From contig OX597816.1 in assembly GCA_951406725.2 (NCBI GenBank), forward strand, positions 80,662,001 through 80,726,000: a stretch of DNA of 64,000 nucleotides, given 5' to 3'. Position 1 is the first letter of the stretch; each line of letters starts with the position of its first letter. The DNA is from Octopus vulgaris (lineage: Eukaryota). The translations under genes and the position numbers were made by a program. The notes under the pieces were generated by a model that saw only the letters and a list, made by a program, of their open reading frames with translations, had not been told where the DNA came from and did no database searches. Positions 27,850-42,346 of the stretch are shown in pieces.

Positions 27850-27903
<54 letters not shown>

Positions 27904-28154
27904 GTATATGTATATATGTGCATGTATATATATATATATAAGCAAATTAAATGGAGAGATGCAACTGACAATCCAATAATTTATTTATCTTATGATATAG
28001 CATAATATACTATTATATATATATATATATATATATATTGTACGAGCATGTATGTGTAAACAGACGCGCGCACATATATATTTATATTATAACATACTAT
28101 ACTATGAATATATAATACATTTCCCTTCGAACGAATTCATTTCTTTAGTTTGTT

Positions 28155-28191
<37 letters not shown>

Positions 28192-28343
28192 ATGTATGTG
28201 TGTGTGTGTGTATGTATGTATATGTATATAAAACTTGTCTTGTCTATATAACTGTGTATCTGTAATTTCTCTTATGTATGTATATATATACACACACACA
28301 TATACATACACATACGAACACACAAATACATATATAAAGCAAT

Positions 28344-28376
<33 letters not shown>

Positions 28377-28973
28377 ACGTATGTATGTATGTATGTATGT
28401 ATGTATGTATGTATGTATGTATGTATGTATGTATGTATGTATGTATGTATGTATTCGTTTGTTTTATATAAGGCTTATGTACATATGTATGCGTAGATCA
28501 GAAGCCCAGTTTTTCTGTCTCATCAAAGTATGAATCAAATTACAATTAAGGAGATTCACGACTCCAAACGAGTGTAACACTTTTAACTGTTTTTGTTTGT
28601 GTGTCTTAATCTTAGATTTGTTTAGTATTCCATTTGAAATGCACTTAATTGATTGACTTATTCAAGTTATTTATTTATCATTGATGATTTTCCAACGAAC
28701 ACAACGAGGAAGAAAATATGTGTGCCGGCGAGTTCATGTGTGCGTGCATTTAAGTACGTATCAATATCAGTCAACATAATTTATATATGTGTGTCGGACA
28801 TGCAACAATCACAGATTTCAGATATACATTTTCGTTCTTTTCTTTTCTGATGCTTTGGTTACGCTTTGTTTCTGTTTATAATACTCAAAAGACTCGAGTA
28901 CCACACACAGATACATACACACACGCACACCCAGAATTCAATGTAAGTACGTGTGTCTGTGTATGTATATATA

Positions 28974-29009
<36 letters not shown>

Positions 29010-29010
29010 A

Positions 29011-29328
29011 GGAGGCGCAATGACCCAGTAGTTAGGGCAGCGGACTCGCAGTCGTGGGATCGCGGTTTCGATTCAGATTTGGCGTTGCGAGTGTTTATTG
29101 AGCGAAAACACCAAAGGCTCTACTCTTTCTTCCTGTTTCGGTTGTACCTGTATTTCAAAGGGGCCAGCCTTGTCATACTCTGTATCACGCTGAATCAGCC
29201 TTAGAATTACATTCAGGATACACGTGTCTGTGGGGCGCTCAACCACTTGCACTTTAATTTCGCGAGCAGGTTGTTCCGTTGATCTGACCAATTGGGACAC
29301 TCGTAGTCGCAACCGACGAAGTATCACG
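29011..29328 (+). mobile_element. tRNA-derived SINE family 2 (internal deletion)
   Basis: Head GGAGGCGCAATGACCCAGTAGTTAGG...GGTTTCGATTC (A/B boxes). Reverse-complement homologous to 30171-30547; followed by (AT)n. Confidence 0.85.
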
Positions 29329-29341
29329 TCATATATATATT

Positions 29342-29460
<119 letters not shown>

Positions 29461-29487
29461 ATATATATATGTATATATATATATATG

Positions 29488-29534
<47 letters not shown>

Positions 29535-30170
29535 GTATATATATATATATATAAATATACGTATATATATATAGAGAGAGAGAGAGATATTTATACATAT
29601 ATTCATACGCACGTATATATAATGTACGTGCATGTATATATACACAGACACATTCTAACATACATACAGGCATACAATATTACGCGCACACGCGCGCGCA
29701 CATATATCTGCATGAATGTACATGTGTGTGTGTGCATGTGAGAAACGTAGCAGATATTCCTTTTTCTGCCGGTTATCTCAGCCGTTACACCAATCGAAAG
29801 ATAATTGTGTAGTTTATTGATAAGCATATCTATATCTGTCTTTTGGGAAATGTTAGGTCGCTTTAGACGCTACTGAGGCGCCTTTCAAGATTAATTTAGA
29901 ATAACAAGAGATTCTGTAAATGATCGCTTGACCTGCTAAAAATAACAATGAAGTTGCCCTCAAACTACAACCTGCTGTCTTTAATCGCAATGATATACGT
30001 TATTCATGGAAAGAAAGAAAAGCTGAATGAGTATTGTTCGATCATAGGTGTACACACTTGGGGTTCAACCTTAGTCTACAACCTGGCATGATCATGGGAA
30101 TTGTTATGTGACAAATTGCTTGCTTACCCCTCCATCTACTCGCTCACTACTGCTTCTTCACACGTATATA

Positions 30171-30547
30171 TCGTGGCACTCCGTCGGTTACGGCGACGAG
30201 GGTTCCAGTTAATCCGATCACGGAACGGCCTGCTCGCGAAATTAACGTGCAAGTGGCTGAGTACTCCACAGACACGTGTATCCTTAACGTAGTTCTCGGG
30301 GAGATTCAGCGTGGCACAGAGTGTGACGAGGCTGGCCCTTTAAAATACAGGTACAAGAGAAACAGGAAGAAAAAGTGAAAGACGTGGTGAAAGAGTACAG
30401 CAGGGTTCGCCACCACCCCTTGCCGGAGCCTCGTGAAGCTTTAGGTGTTTTCCCTCAATATATACTCACAACACCCGGTCTGGGAATCAAAACTGCGATC
30501 CTACGAACGCGAGTTCGCTTCCCTAACCACTGGGCCATTGCGCCTCC
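30171..30547 (-). mobile_element. tRNA-derived SINE family 2, near full length
   Basis: Minus-strand head GGAGGCGCAATGGCCCAGTGGTTAGGG..GTTTTGATTCCC; body shared with the copies at 29011 and 54115. Confidence 0.88.
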
Positions 30548-30702
30548 ACATGTATATATGTGTGTGTGTATGGAGAGAGAGATATAGTTTTGAAGTGATA
30601 TACATATATATATATATATTCTTTCATTCTTTTACTGGATTCAGCCAGAGGCTGGGGGTCATGCTGGAGCAAACGAGTATGCGCTCACACATATACCTTG
30701 AC

Positions 30703-30769
<67 letters not shown>

Positions 30770-30785
30770 CAGACAGGCAGGCAAG

Positions 30786-30816
<31 letters not shown>

Positions 30817-31699
30817 ATAGACAGACAGATAGATAAGGATGGAGGAAGGTGAGAATGTAGGCAGGCAGGGATTTTTGGAAATATATAGATTGGTTGGTCG
30901 AAGCAGGGATGACTGGAAAGATAAGCAGATGAATAGAAAATTAGCGGGAAAGGCAAATATCCGACGAGTTACATCTGGTGTTACGGTATAATAATTTCTA
31001 TTTACGCAGCTTCTTCGACCGACTGAATCTTCTTAATATTATTACAAACAGCACGGAGTAACAGATTGTTCATAGAAAACCTTTTTCTCAATTTTAAATT
31101 AGACCTCCTATCTACCCCGGGTGATAGAATCAAAACAAACTGAAATCTACTAAGAATGGGAAAGCGCATACTCAGACAAGACGTAGCATGTGCTACGATT
31201 TGGTGTTTTGATTATAATTATATTTTATTTGATCTATGGAGCTATGGTGTTGAAATAAAATGTATATAAAATCTAACACATTCAAAGATTTAGCAGATAC
31301 ACTGGAGCAATAAAATATAAAAGTTAACGGATGCAACCGTTTTCATCTCCTTTTATTATACATATTTAGTTTTCAATTTGAGTGGATGTGTCGGAGATGA
31401 CCGAAGCAATAGTGTTTCTGATAACCAGCTAAAGAGATAGCATTTATTTTTATTCTGTTAGACATGCTTCACAAATAATTGTTAATAACAAATCTGCTAC
31501 AGCAGTGTAGATTACGTCGTCGTGCGCCGAACCAGCTTTATAGAGCTGACAATCGTATCATTAGCTTGCATGGAGTCGTTTAAACCTAGATGCAACCAAC
31601 TATAATCAAACGTGTTCTTTGTGTGATCATACTACTTTCCAGCAATACATCATTTATATAATTCGGTAGCTTCTTTTTTATTTGGAAATTCTGGAACAC

Positions 31700-32495
31700 A
31701 AAGGAATGCATATGCCCTAGACCGGTGAGATTATTACCATCAGTGTCCCTCTTGAATCTCACCGGCAGAAAAGAGACGAACAGGAAGGGAATTTCAGAGC
31801 GCTGATATTCTGATGGAGAATAAAGCATATTCATTAGTGCAGTGTTAGAGGTTTTGACATGACAAGGATAATGATGGAAGGAAAAGATGAGTGGCACTGG
31901 AGTGTTTGAGTGAGTGAAGGTGACATGAGCCCATGCAATTTCGATGAGAAAAGGTCATCACATGAGTAAAAAAGGCAGAGAGACGAGACAGCTCACCTGT
32001 GGACCAGAGACTGGAGCGTTTCACATGACGTTATGCTTATAAATAAGGTAGCCTTCCTTTGAGGATGTGATTTAGGATGTTTGTATGTCAAGTAAAAGAA
32101 TCCGCTATCATTACAGTTCCGTTCGAGATATAACAATTGTTTGGGATTGAAAGGTAGGACTGAAGAGAAGGGTCAGTTTTTGGTGTGCGAACCTAATCAA
32201 AGATATAATTGCGCTATATGACACGTTCGATGATAGTGAAATCCAATAATTCGAACTATTTCGAAGATTCTAAGTGTAGCTAATGATTAACAGGTCTGTG
32301 ATGCTATCATTCGTTTTCATTCAATGGCGTGTCCGGTTTCATGCATTTGAAAGAGATACGGTTCGCATATCCCAAATGGAGGCTGATTTTGAAGTTTCTA
32401 CTCATGGATTCATTGAGTATGTTGAGCGCAGTATTTAGTTTGGAAGTATTAGTTGGGGCGGATGAAGGATAGTGTCATCTACACGAGCATGCATG
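31700..32495 (-). mobile_element. Degenerate CR1-group LINE (RT YADD region to 3' end)
   Basis: Minus strand: MHARVDDTILH (YADD-like, ~32463-32495), FNPKQLLYL, TLQSLVHR*AVSSLCLFY and AL*NSLP. Same group as 21130-21570. Confidence 0.7.
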
Positions 32496-32913
32496 TCGTA
32501 GGATTTGGCGGTAATTCTTGACATACAAACTGACCATGCACGCAGCAAATTTCATACATATGGATAGAGCCGATAGTCAGGAAGTCAAGGGTGAGAATAT
32601 GACTACCAAATTCCTCCAAGGTGAATAATAGAGGAGACTAGGTCAACAATGGATCAGGGAGTGTAAAGCGTACTGGTGATAGTGGTTGTATACTCTCAAC
32701 TCAACGTGACAGTCCCGTAAGGGAATTATACCACTGCCATTTAGCCCTAGGAAACATCGACGTTTCCTGTCGGCTTTGACACATTTTCTGTGTCCTTATA
32801 TTTGCAAAGGGGAGGCAAATTTTTTTATTTCATTTTAACTTGCATCTGATGGAACAGAAACTTTAAATGCGTGGTGCACACACAATAACGATTTAATATT
32901 CTCGTGATCCAGA

Positions 32914-33128
32914 ATGGCAAGCTGGTAGAATCGTTACCTCGCCGGACGAAATACTGAATGGTAGTTCGTCCGTCTTTACGTTCACTGTTCAAATTGTACC
33001 GAGGTTGACTTTGCCTTTCGTCCTTTCGAAGCCGATAAAATAAGTACCGGTTGAGCACTGGGGTCGATGTTGTGGACTCATCCATCGCCCGAAATTTCTG
33101 GCCTTGTACCGATATTTGAAACCAATAT
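32914..33128 (+). mobile_element. SINE family 1 copy
   Basis: Same A/B boxes and central domain as 13122-13790. Confidence 0.85.
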
Positions 33129-33913
33129 TCTTGTAATCCAGTTGTTGATCAGAAACTGCCAACATGCCGTTCTTCAAATAATTATCAGGTATCTTTTTTA
33201 CATATATTAATAACAGCTAATTTACCAATTACAACATTCGGTAACCTAGTTTAAGGAGGAAGTATTCTGCACACAAAAAGTCATCCTGCATTGTAATTTA
33301 GCGACATCGCCTGCTGCTCAGGTAACTTATGGGAACGTCTTCTTAGTGAAAAGCCTTCTCGTGCAATTATAAGATTCAACATTTGTTCAATTAACAGATT
33401 TGTTTGTTCGGAATCATGTCGCATGCATACATACAATAATTCTAGCACCTCAAATCTAAATTTAAGCTGTTCATATATTAATTTTGCAACGCATAGCTTT
33501 CAATGTCTATTTTTTAGATCCTGCAGAGCATTAACCAATATAGAATTTAACCATGAAAAGGAAAGATAAAATCGAAAAAGACCAAAAAAATCAGAAACAC
33601 CAACCGCAGCTCTAGCTCAAAATAGTTTACTGCGTATTAATAATTACAATAGATCTCACGATAGGCTCTTATGAGTTTCTTATATATGTTATATAACATC
33701 ACTGCCATAAATTGATGGGGGTTAACGTACAGAAAATGTTTAAAAGCATCACAAGGAACCTTTCATCCATTTCCAACAGACAAATAAAGCAGCGACAAAA
33801 TATAGTTTTTAGTAATATTACTGTACATCTTACTGATATTCTCAAAGAATGAGATGGCAAATAAACGATAAATATAATTGTGCAGTTCATATCTTGAAAC
33901 ATAAAAGCAATAT

Positions 33914-34047
<134 letters not shown>

Positions 34048-34174
34048 TTCTACAATTCTGAGAGTCGACCAAGTTAGGTATAGTTTTCAGACACGAAAAT
34101 ATAGACATAATTTTCTATATGTGCTATATATAAATGAAAACCTATCGTGAGCTTAACAGCATATGTCTACACAC

Positions 34175-34211
<37 letters not shown>

Positions 34212-35365
34212 TCTCTCTCTCCCTCCCTCCCTCCTCTCTCTCTCACACACACACATAAACTCGATCTCTCTCTCTCCCTTCCCCCCTATTTATACGTGTG
34301 TGTCTGTATGAACATATATGCGTTTATATATATATATATTATACGCACGCACACACACATATGTATGTACGCCAAAAAATATTAAGGACAATAAGCTAAC
34401 ACGAAAAGGAATGGGTGGACACAATTTTAGCGAAATTCTCCTACTAAATTCTTCCCCATTCTGACATTTGAAGGAGAAGAGAAGATGCATTACTAATGGA
34501 AACAATAAACGTTGGCAGAAGGAGCTTCTATCACAAAGAGATACACGCTGGCACTTTAGTGTTTATATGCAATAAAATAGTAGAATCCAATCTCTTGTGA
34601 ATTTATAATTTCTCCACGACAGTTAAATTCGAAATATTGCAAAAGCCTCTCAATAAAATATAGTAATAATGTATATATTTAGTACCCGCTACCGTCCCTA
34701 ATATCTGTCTGCTAACATCTTCCAAATATATATATCCTACACATTATAATGTTTGTGCAAACGTGAGTGTGTATAACTGTAAGTGTTTATATATAAATAT
34801 ATATATATATCTGTGACGATATGACTAACTCATAAACTCATATGCGTATGTGTGCGATTCTAAGCGATTTTTGTATACGTCTCATATTTGAAGTTGTTAT
34901 ATTTACACCATATATTTGGTATTAAGTGTTATGATGTAATCATATCAATACCGTGAAATACATAAAATATATATAAGCATATGGTCTTAAAAATGCTTTT
35001 CAATGTGAGCGTGTGTGTGTGTATGTGTGTTAGTGAGTGAGTGAGTGAGTGTATGCGTTTGTGAGAGTGTGTGATGATCTAAGTACATACATTCTTATAT
35101 ATTTATGCAAATATTTACATAGAAATGTCTTAACATAGAAGTATATATATATGTAAAGATCTGTATGCACATATATAGAGAGAGGGAGTTAGAGTAAGAG
35201 AGTGAGGAAAGAGACATGTATATAATATGGCAAGTAAATGATGTCATAGTTTTTAAGCAAGAGAAATTCACACACACACACACACCATGCCATTATTAAG
35301 TTTGGCATGGTTTGGGCCACTAATGGCTGAAACTAATTCACACACATGCACACACACACACACAT

Positions 35366-35423
<58 letters not shown>

Positions 35424-35697
35424 GCACTCACAAAGACACACACACACACGCACTCACAAACACACACAAAAATACATTTATACGTATACGTAACTACAGA
35501 AATATATACTTGCATATAAATATACACATACATACACACTAACTGGCAGTAACACTAATACACACAGATGTATGCATAAATATATATTCTGTTGATGTGC
35601 ATTACTGCAAAACTTTCCTTCATAGGACAATTCGAAACCCGCCTAGTCAAAATCCAGCTATTTTTCACGTTTTAATAACCGGTAACAGCCATAAAAC

Positions 35698-35702
<5 letters not shown>

Positions 35703-35774
<72 letters not shown>

Positions 35775-35838
35775 ACTCACTCACTCACTCACTCACTCAC
35801 TCACTCACTCACTCTCTATCTATCTATCTATCTCTCAA

Positions 35839-35877
<39 letters not shown>

Positions 35878-35905
35878 CTATCTATCTACCTACCTGCCTA
35901 TCTAT
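35703..35905 (+). repeat. Compound (CT)n(CACT)n(CTAT)n microsatellite
   Basis: Seen directly. Representative of dozens of (AT)n, (GT)n, (GATA)n and (GTAT)n tracts across the window. Confidence 0.95.
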
Positions 35906-36146
35906 CTAACTCTGTGTGTATGTGTGTGTGTGTGTTTGCCTATACACACGCATAAGCAAACTGATAGATGGATACCAAATATCTGTGCTGAATGTACATC
36001 TTCCCCTTTCTTGACATATTTATTCTACTTTAAATGTACCGGTCCTCTCACAGCATCATGTGTGTGTGTGTATATACGTGTATGTATGTATGTATGTATG
36101 TATGTATGTATGTATGTATGTATGTATGTATGTATGTATGTGCATG

Positions 36147-36177
<31 letters not shown>

Positions 36178-36303
36178 GTGCGCATGTATGCATATATGTA
36201 TGCATATATATATGAGTGTGTGTGTAAGTATGTAGATATGTGTGTATGGATGTACATATATGTCTGTGTACGTATATATAGGCCTATATGTGTGTGTATA
36301 TTT

Positions 36304-36338
<35 letters not shown>

Positions 36339-39300
36339 CATAAGTTGTATCACTCATTCATACTTCGAGAGCGATTGAGATCGAACACATTTCCCATATT
36401 CTTCGTTCTTTCTTCTACACTTTTCTCCGCTATATTTCCCAATACTGCTCAGTAATGGACATTATTCTTGTGTTTATGTGCGTTCACTTTTCATGTATGC
36501 ATGTTTGATTTTGTGCATTTCCCATATTTATTCTCTCTACTGCCCTACTATGTATGCTGCAAGAACATAATTTTAAAACATCAAGATGATTTTTCTATAT
36601 TTATCGGCCATTCTTTTTTTCATTTGAATGTTTGTGTGTACAATAAAGTTATTTCTAAGAGTTAAGTGACTTCTGCTCCTTGATTGGCTTTATTGAATTT
36701 CACTGTTTCAAATATTCCGACCATATTCCCGATAACTTACTTTATCCAGCTTTTTTCTATAGACATTCAAGAAATCCATGCAGTATCTCAAATGCATCAG
36801 TCTTATCAGTCTTGAAGAGTACGCACAGGTTATGGGGCAGTGTTCCTTCTCAGATCACTAGCTTATTACCTTATTACTTCCACCTTCACAATGCAACTCT
36901 ACACAATTAATACCCATTTCTGACTCCAAATGCCCATTTCCTTAAAACTGCATTTTCCGTTACAATGAATAAGCGAAAGACAAATTTCCTCCAACAGTAC
37001 GCTGTAACATCGAAGTTTGCCTTCTCTTCAAGTCGAACGTAGTTCAGCAACACTACTACTTTAAACTATACTCTATGGAATTTAGAGATGTAAACTCTTT
37101 AACAAGGTAAATACTCCTCGCCCGCTTTCAAATTTGAAGCAGAACTTGTTAGCGAAGTTTCTACAAAAAATTTCGAAAGAAACATTTTTAAGACCAAAAC
37201 TATATTATAACAAATGCTGTATACAAATGAATTTCTAGAATAAAAGATTCATTATTCTTCTCGCCACAAATTCTTGAGTCACTGCAATTCGCCTTGAATC
37301 TGAGACAGTTTCCTTTACATCAATAAGAGAATTCCTGACACAAAACACTTTACAAACCATATGTTCATTGAATCTCAAACTTCAAAATATGTCTTTATGA
37401 GTTAGTATGTTCATTAAAGCTACACAGTGAACCGAGGTCGGTTAAATGGACAGAATGCAGAACAATAATTTGAAAGCTTGACGATTTCTGTCTTTTTATA
37501 GGTACAAACATTTCTGCATGATCAACATAGTTCCCCAGTTCCCTTACTAATACGTAGGCATCAATAGATGCTACAGGTTCAATACTGTGAATGGTTTAAT
37601 ATTTTGTGGCTTGTAAAAGTTCTGAGAAAATACAACACTTACTTTTACGATGAAAGGTGGCGGGTGTTCAGCTAACAAGCTAAAAACTTTTTCCAGTATC
37701 TCACGAAAGCATACACGTAGTCAAATTGGTCACAACAAGTCGTATTGTGAAGTTACTTCCGCAATGCAATCTATTCCTGTGCTTAGTTGATGCCAAAATT
37801 ATTTAAGTGCTACAAGGAAGGTAGTATGTTCTTTTAAGTTGTTAAGGTATTTCACAATCTAAGATTTTGTTATTTAATAGTTTTAGCATCCAAAAACAAT
37901 GTTCGGAGAGCTTCTGAATATCAAGATTCAAGCTGACAATACATGTAAATCGATTGTTCTTGGACGCAATCAAGTTCGCCTGGAATTTAGTTTCCATCTA
38001 ATCAAACGAAATAGTTGGGGCATTTTCATACAGAATGAATCTTTAATCTTATGGCAGATTGAGTGAAAAGAATTTCTACAGTAGACGATGCACTAAGAGT
38101 TCCGAAAGTCTGAAAATACATGTTCTACATATATGCACAGGTATTTTGTCTGTAACGTAGTTCGAAAACGGAATGAAAGTTTGAAGGTTCAGTGCCGTCT
38201 TGCGTAAATTAAATAAATGAATAGATGGTTCAGGATGTACAAGAGATACCAGAATGAGGATAACTCATCTATCAAAAGTCAATTAAATCTGATACGAAGA
38301 ATACTTTTATCACAACTGATCCATACACTACAAGAAGTGTATGAATAATGACTTCACATATAAAATGACTGTTTTGCTGAATAATGAAAAGACATAAAAA
38401 TTTCTGGTCATGATATATGATAGAGTTAACAGAAACCAATATCGGTATATTACTACTATAGTAAAATGTTAATTTAAATAATGTCTGAATGAGACAAAGT
38501 TCATATTGATAAAAATACTCACGAGAAAATTAATATAAAATAACTGAAGAAATATTCTACTTAATTTCAAACAATAACTGGTACGAACATTTATTAATTT
38601 GTTTTGGTATAATATGTGTGGTGGGGTAAGTATAAATGCGTGGGCAAGCGTGGGCGAGCGCGCGCGTACATAGTTCATTAGTGTGTGTTCTTTTCATAAT
38701 ATGTGTGCCAGTATATGTGTGTTTGATTGGGAGCAGATTTACTGAGCGACAGAGACTTGTGTAGATAATGCAATACATGTTGGTTGCCAGCGAAAGACCG
38801 CAGTTTATATAATGGTCAGCTGCTTGTCTGAAAGAGCAGTTCAGGTTATGAGGTAGTAGATCTGATTGCTTGAAAATAACTGAGGAAAAGAAGCAATTGT
38901 GTAGCAAACCTAACGCTGCGACGAACTGGAAATTGATATTTGTGAGGTACCTCTTCAGTTAGTGAACCAACTACTGCTCTGTTGATTAGAATTATTTCAG
39001 TGGCTTGTTTCAGAAGTCAGTTAACCGCACACACAAACACACACATACACACGTGAGCACATTTGCATAACCACATATATACACACAGGCCTGGAAAATT
39101 AAAGTACATGTATAGGAATAACTTTTGTCGTGATTACACGTAAAATGTGAGTAGAAATTCATAATCAAATGTGGCCACGAAAGTTATGTATTATTGTGTA
39201 ACTACAAAATTGAAAAATTCATATATATGTTGCAGACATAAGATTATGTCAAATTTGAAACTATAGCGTAGATCAAATGCACTGGGCCATGAAACTGTTT

Positions 39301-39377
39301 GCTATTTCTATACGTGTAGTCTTTTGCCTTTTACCTTTTACCTTTTATTTCCTCCACCTAACTATGACTTAATTTTT

Positions 39378-39505
39378 CCTCTCACACCGTCTCCGATGAA
39401 GGGATATTATTAATTAATATCCTAGAAACAGTTGTAAGACCTTCTATCTATAAATGCTCTAATATCTATACAGCCTTGGTTTTTTTTATCTCATTACGCA
39501 AAAAA

Positions 39506-39508
<3 letters not shown>
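39378..39508 (+). mobile_element. Second hammerhead-like repeat family (Penelope-like 3' end), copy 1
   Basis: GTCT-CCGATGA-AGGGATATT..AATATCCTA-GAAA-CAGTTG-TA-AGAC at 39389-39440. Closely similar to 7841-7970; ends in (AT)n. Confidence 0.55.
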
Positions 39509-39564
<56 letters not shown>

Positions 39565-39568
<4 letters not shown>

Positions 39569-39713
39569 TCCGTCTACCAAATCCAATCACAAAGCTTTCG
39601 TCGGACCGAGGCTTTAGCAGAAGACACTTGCCAAAGGAGCCACGCAGTGGGACTGAACCCCAAACCATGTGGTTGGGAAGCAATCTTCTTACCACACAGT
39701 CATGCTTGCGCCT
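39565..39713 (-). mobile_element. SINE family 3, 5' part
   Basis: Minus strand AGGCGCAAGCATGACTGTGTGGTAAG...GGTTCAGTCCCACTGCGTGGCTCCTTTGGCAAGTGTCTT, running into (AT)n. Confidence 0.8.
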
Positions 39714-40024
39714 ATCCATAAAAGGAAAAACACCACACAGCGGCGGGGTGGATTCCAGTTACTGAAATATATGTAGAATATACTGCCATATTGCATATAC
39801 AGAATAAATAGAACATTGCCCAATTTGCCTTTTCCTAAATTTTAACAGAAGATAGAAAACTGAAACAGTGGCATATGAAAAGGAAACAAAGAAAAATTAC
39901 TGAAATAACTCGAAAGTATATGTAAAACGTAAATAAAATTTGAAGACCCAGAGTAGCAACAATTCAAACTTATTATCATGTTTTCTCTTAAAACCTAATT
40001 TGTAGAAAATTTCAATTAAAATAC

Positions 40025-40205
40025 TCTTTTCCACTACGGAACAAGGCCTGAAATTTAGGAGTGTAGCTATTCGATCCCAGTGCTCTACTTAGAAGAATGA
40101 AAGGCAAAGTCAACCTGAGCAAAATTTGAACTCAGCACATAAAGATGGGCGAAATACCTCTATTCATTTTGTTCGATGTTCTAACGATTCTGCCAGCTCG
40201 TAGCT
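40025..40205 (-). mobile_element. SINE family 1 copy, partly deleted
   Basis: ATGAAAGGCAAAGTCAACCT..AATTTGAACTCAG..AACGATTCTGCCAGCTCG. Confidence 0.75.
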
Positions 40206-40439
40206 TTAGTTTGATTTAAAATATAAAAATCTATAATTCAAGTCAAACTGTACACATTTTTAGTTGACTTCCCACATTGATTTCATTATCCAGTTAATCA
40301 GTTTTGTTTTTCTATATAAATAAAAAGGTGCGCGCGCACGTGTTTGTGTCTGTGCCTGTGCGTGTGTATATACGTGTGTATGTGCGAGTGCACACACATA
40401 TATATATGTACATTTACTGATATATATAAATATACACCC

Positions 40440-40479
<40 letters not shown>

Positions 40480-41892
40480 AGTATAAATATGATGTGTGTG
40501 CATATATATATATATATATATATTGATTATATCAAGGAGGATTCTTTCAACAAATAAACGAATTACAAATATTAATTACCATAATTTATCAGGGAACCAT
40601 TAACTTTTATGTCTGAAATTACGCAGACCTGACCATGAATAAATTATAATGTTTATTACATTTATACAATTAATCACACTTGTTTTCTGTGTTTAGTTAT
40701 CACTAATCTCACTTAATATTCATTCATGTAGCGAGTTTTATAAGTGTTGAAACAAATAGTAAAACGAAAATCATAACAAGCCCACTCCGTAGCTTCAATG
40801 CCAGTGAAATCTTTTTAAAACAGTCTGTTGTTGTTGTTGCAGCTTTGGTAGGTTCCCTGAGACGGCTGCGATCGACGTCGTAAATGTTATTTATAAACAA
40901 CTGCAGGTTAAATATACACACGAAGTGAATTCCAGTGGGATGATGTCCAGAACTGTTTCTATCCATGAACTGGATAGGAACACTAAATTACTTACTGGAG
41001 AAGTGCACACAATTTGGGTGACATGCAATGGGTTTTAGAGTAGATGGAATGACATTAGATATTTCTGAGAAGCAGAGGCCACTGTAGTATCGGTAAAGTG
41101 ACGAGGAACGAAACTACAAAGTAGTTTTGCTTGTGTCTTGCACTTGAAAGTATAAACTTTACAAATTCCTATTTCCTAAAATACAAGGCTATTAGTCCTT
41201 TATAAAAGAAGAGCAATATAAACCATTGTTTTACATCTTGGTTTTAAATGATTGAATTGTTTTGTTTCTTTTTTATTTAATCACAATATGATTAGAAGCG
41301 TACTGGCTTATTAATTTCAAAATCTAAATATTTGTAAACAACTGTCATATTTTAGCTTCTCATTGTTTGTCTTCTGTCTATTGTATGTAATACGAAAGTA
41401 TATTTCCTTTTCAATAAAGAATCCGTGATATATTATATTTATCATATTTTTGGTTATCATAGTTCTAGTTATTATATCTTTGACACATCATAATTGTCGT
41501 ATACTGATAATCGAATAAACAACGTTATCACCTATATACCTGTCCTCTTCGATTATCTCCTCTACATCTATTGTCTTTCCTCACAAATATAATAACATTT
41601 GGTAAATGAAAGATAGGTGGAAATTGATGTAGAGAGAAAGACATATTACAAACAACCTATGCCAAACACCAGAATCTACTCCACCGACAACTACAGACAT
41701 TCAGCTTCCTAGAAACAATTAACAAATCTCCCTCAAATCCCACTATAAAATATAATCCAATATACAGTATGACTAAATAAAATATGCTATACTATCAAAG
41801 TAAACGGGTTTGATCATTGGTTTGACGGATCAGAACAGATCGGTGATTAAACTATTACATAAAGATGTCAAAATACAACTAAGCTAAGGACT

Positions 41893-42110
41893 TCAGAGAG
41901 TGACCATTGGTTTCGCACCTATAAAGTGCTTGGCTGTATAAGCTTGGCAGTCAAACTCAAATGGCTGGGGACACATAACCTTTCTATAACTGGAGGTAGA
42001 AAAACGTCATGGAAAACGTCATTTTTTTTTCTGTTTGCATAATGAACCGATCATAAGATTTTCCCCGCTGCAAGCGCTTTATAGGTGCGAAAGCATTGGT
42101 CACTCTCTGA
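41893..42110. mobile_element. MITE-like element with 40-bp terminal inverted repeats
   Basis: TCAGAGAGTGACCATTGGTTTCGCACCTATAAAGTGCTTG (41893-41932) versus CAAGCGCTTTATAGGTGCGAAAGCATTGGTCACTCTCTGA (42071-42110), 37/40 complementary. No clear TSD. Confidence 0.8.
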
Positions 42111-42213
42111 CCGGTCATAACAAAGAACCTTCTAAATATACTACTTATATACTACTGCTCTAATGTTTTAGAGTGTGCTCCTTTTTCGGATATAGGAACT
42201 ACTGACCGATATA

Positions 42214-42278
<65 letters not shown>

Positions 42279-42346
42279 GCACACACACATACAAAGAGTG
42301 AGAGAGAAAGACAAAAGAAATAAGAAAATGAAATAAAAGGACTTAC

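Noticed and set aside
35287-35340. LAWFGPLMA resembling aquaporin TM6 (YWVGP)
   Set aside because: Opposite strand to the aquaporin exon, embedded in microsatellite, no splice context.
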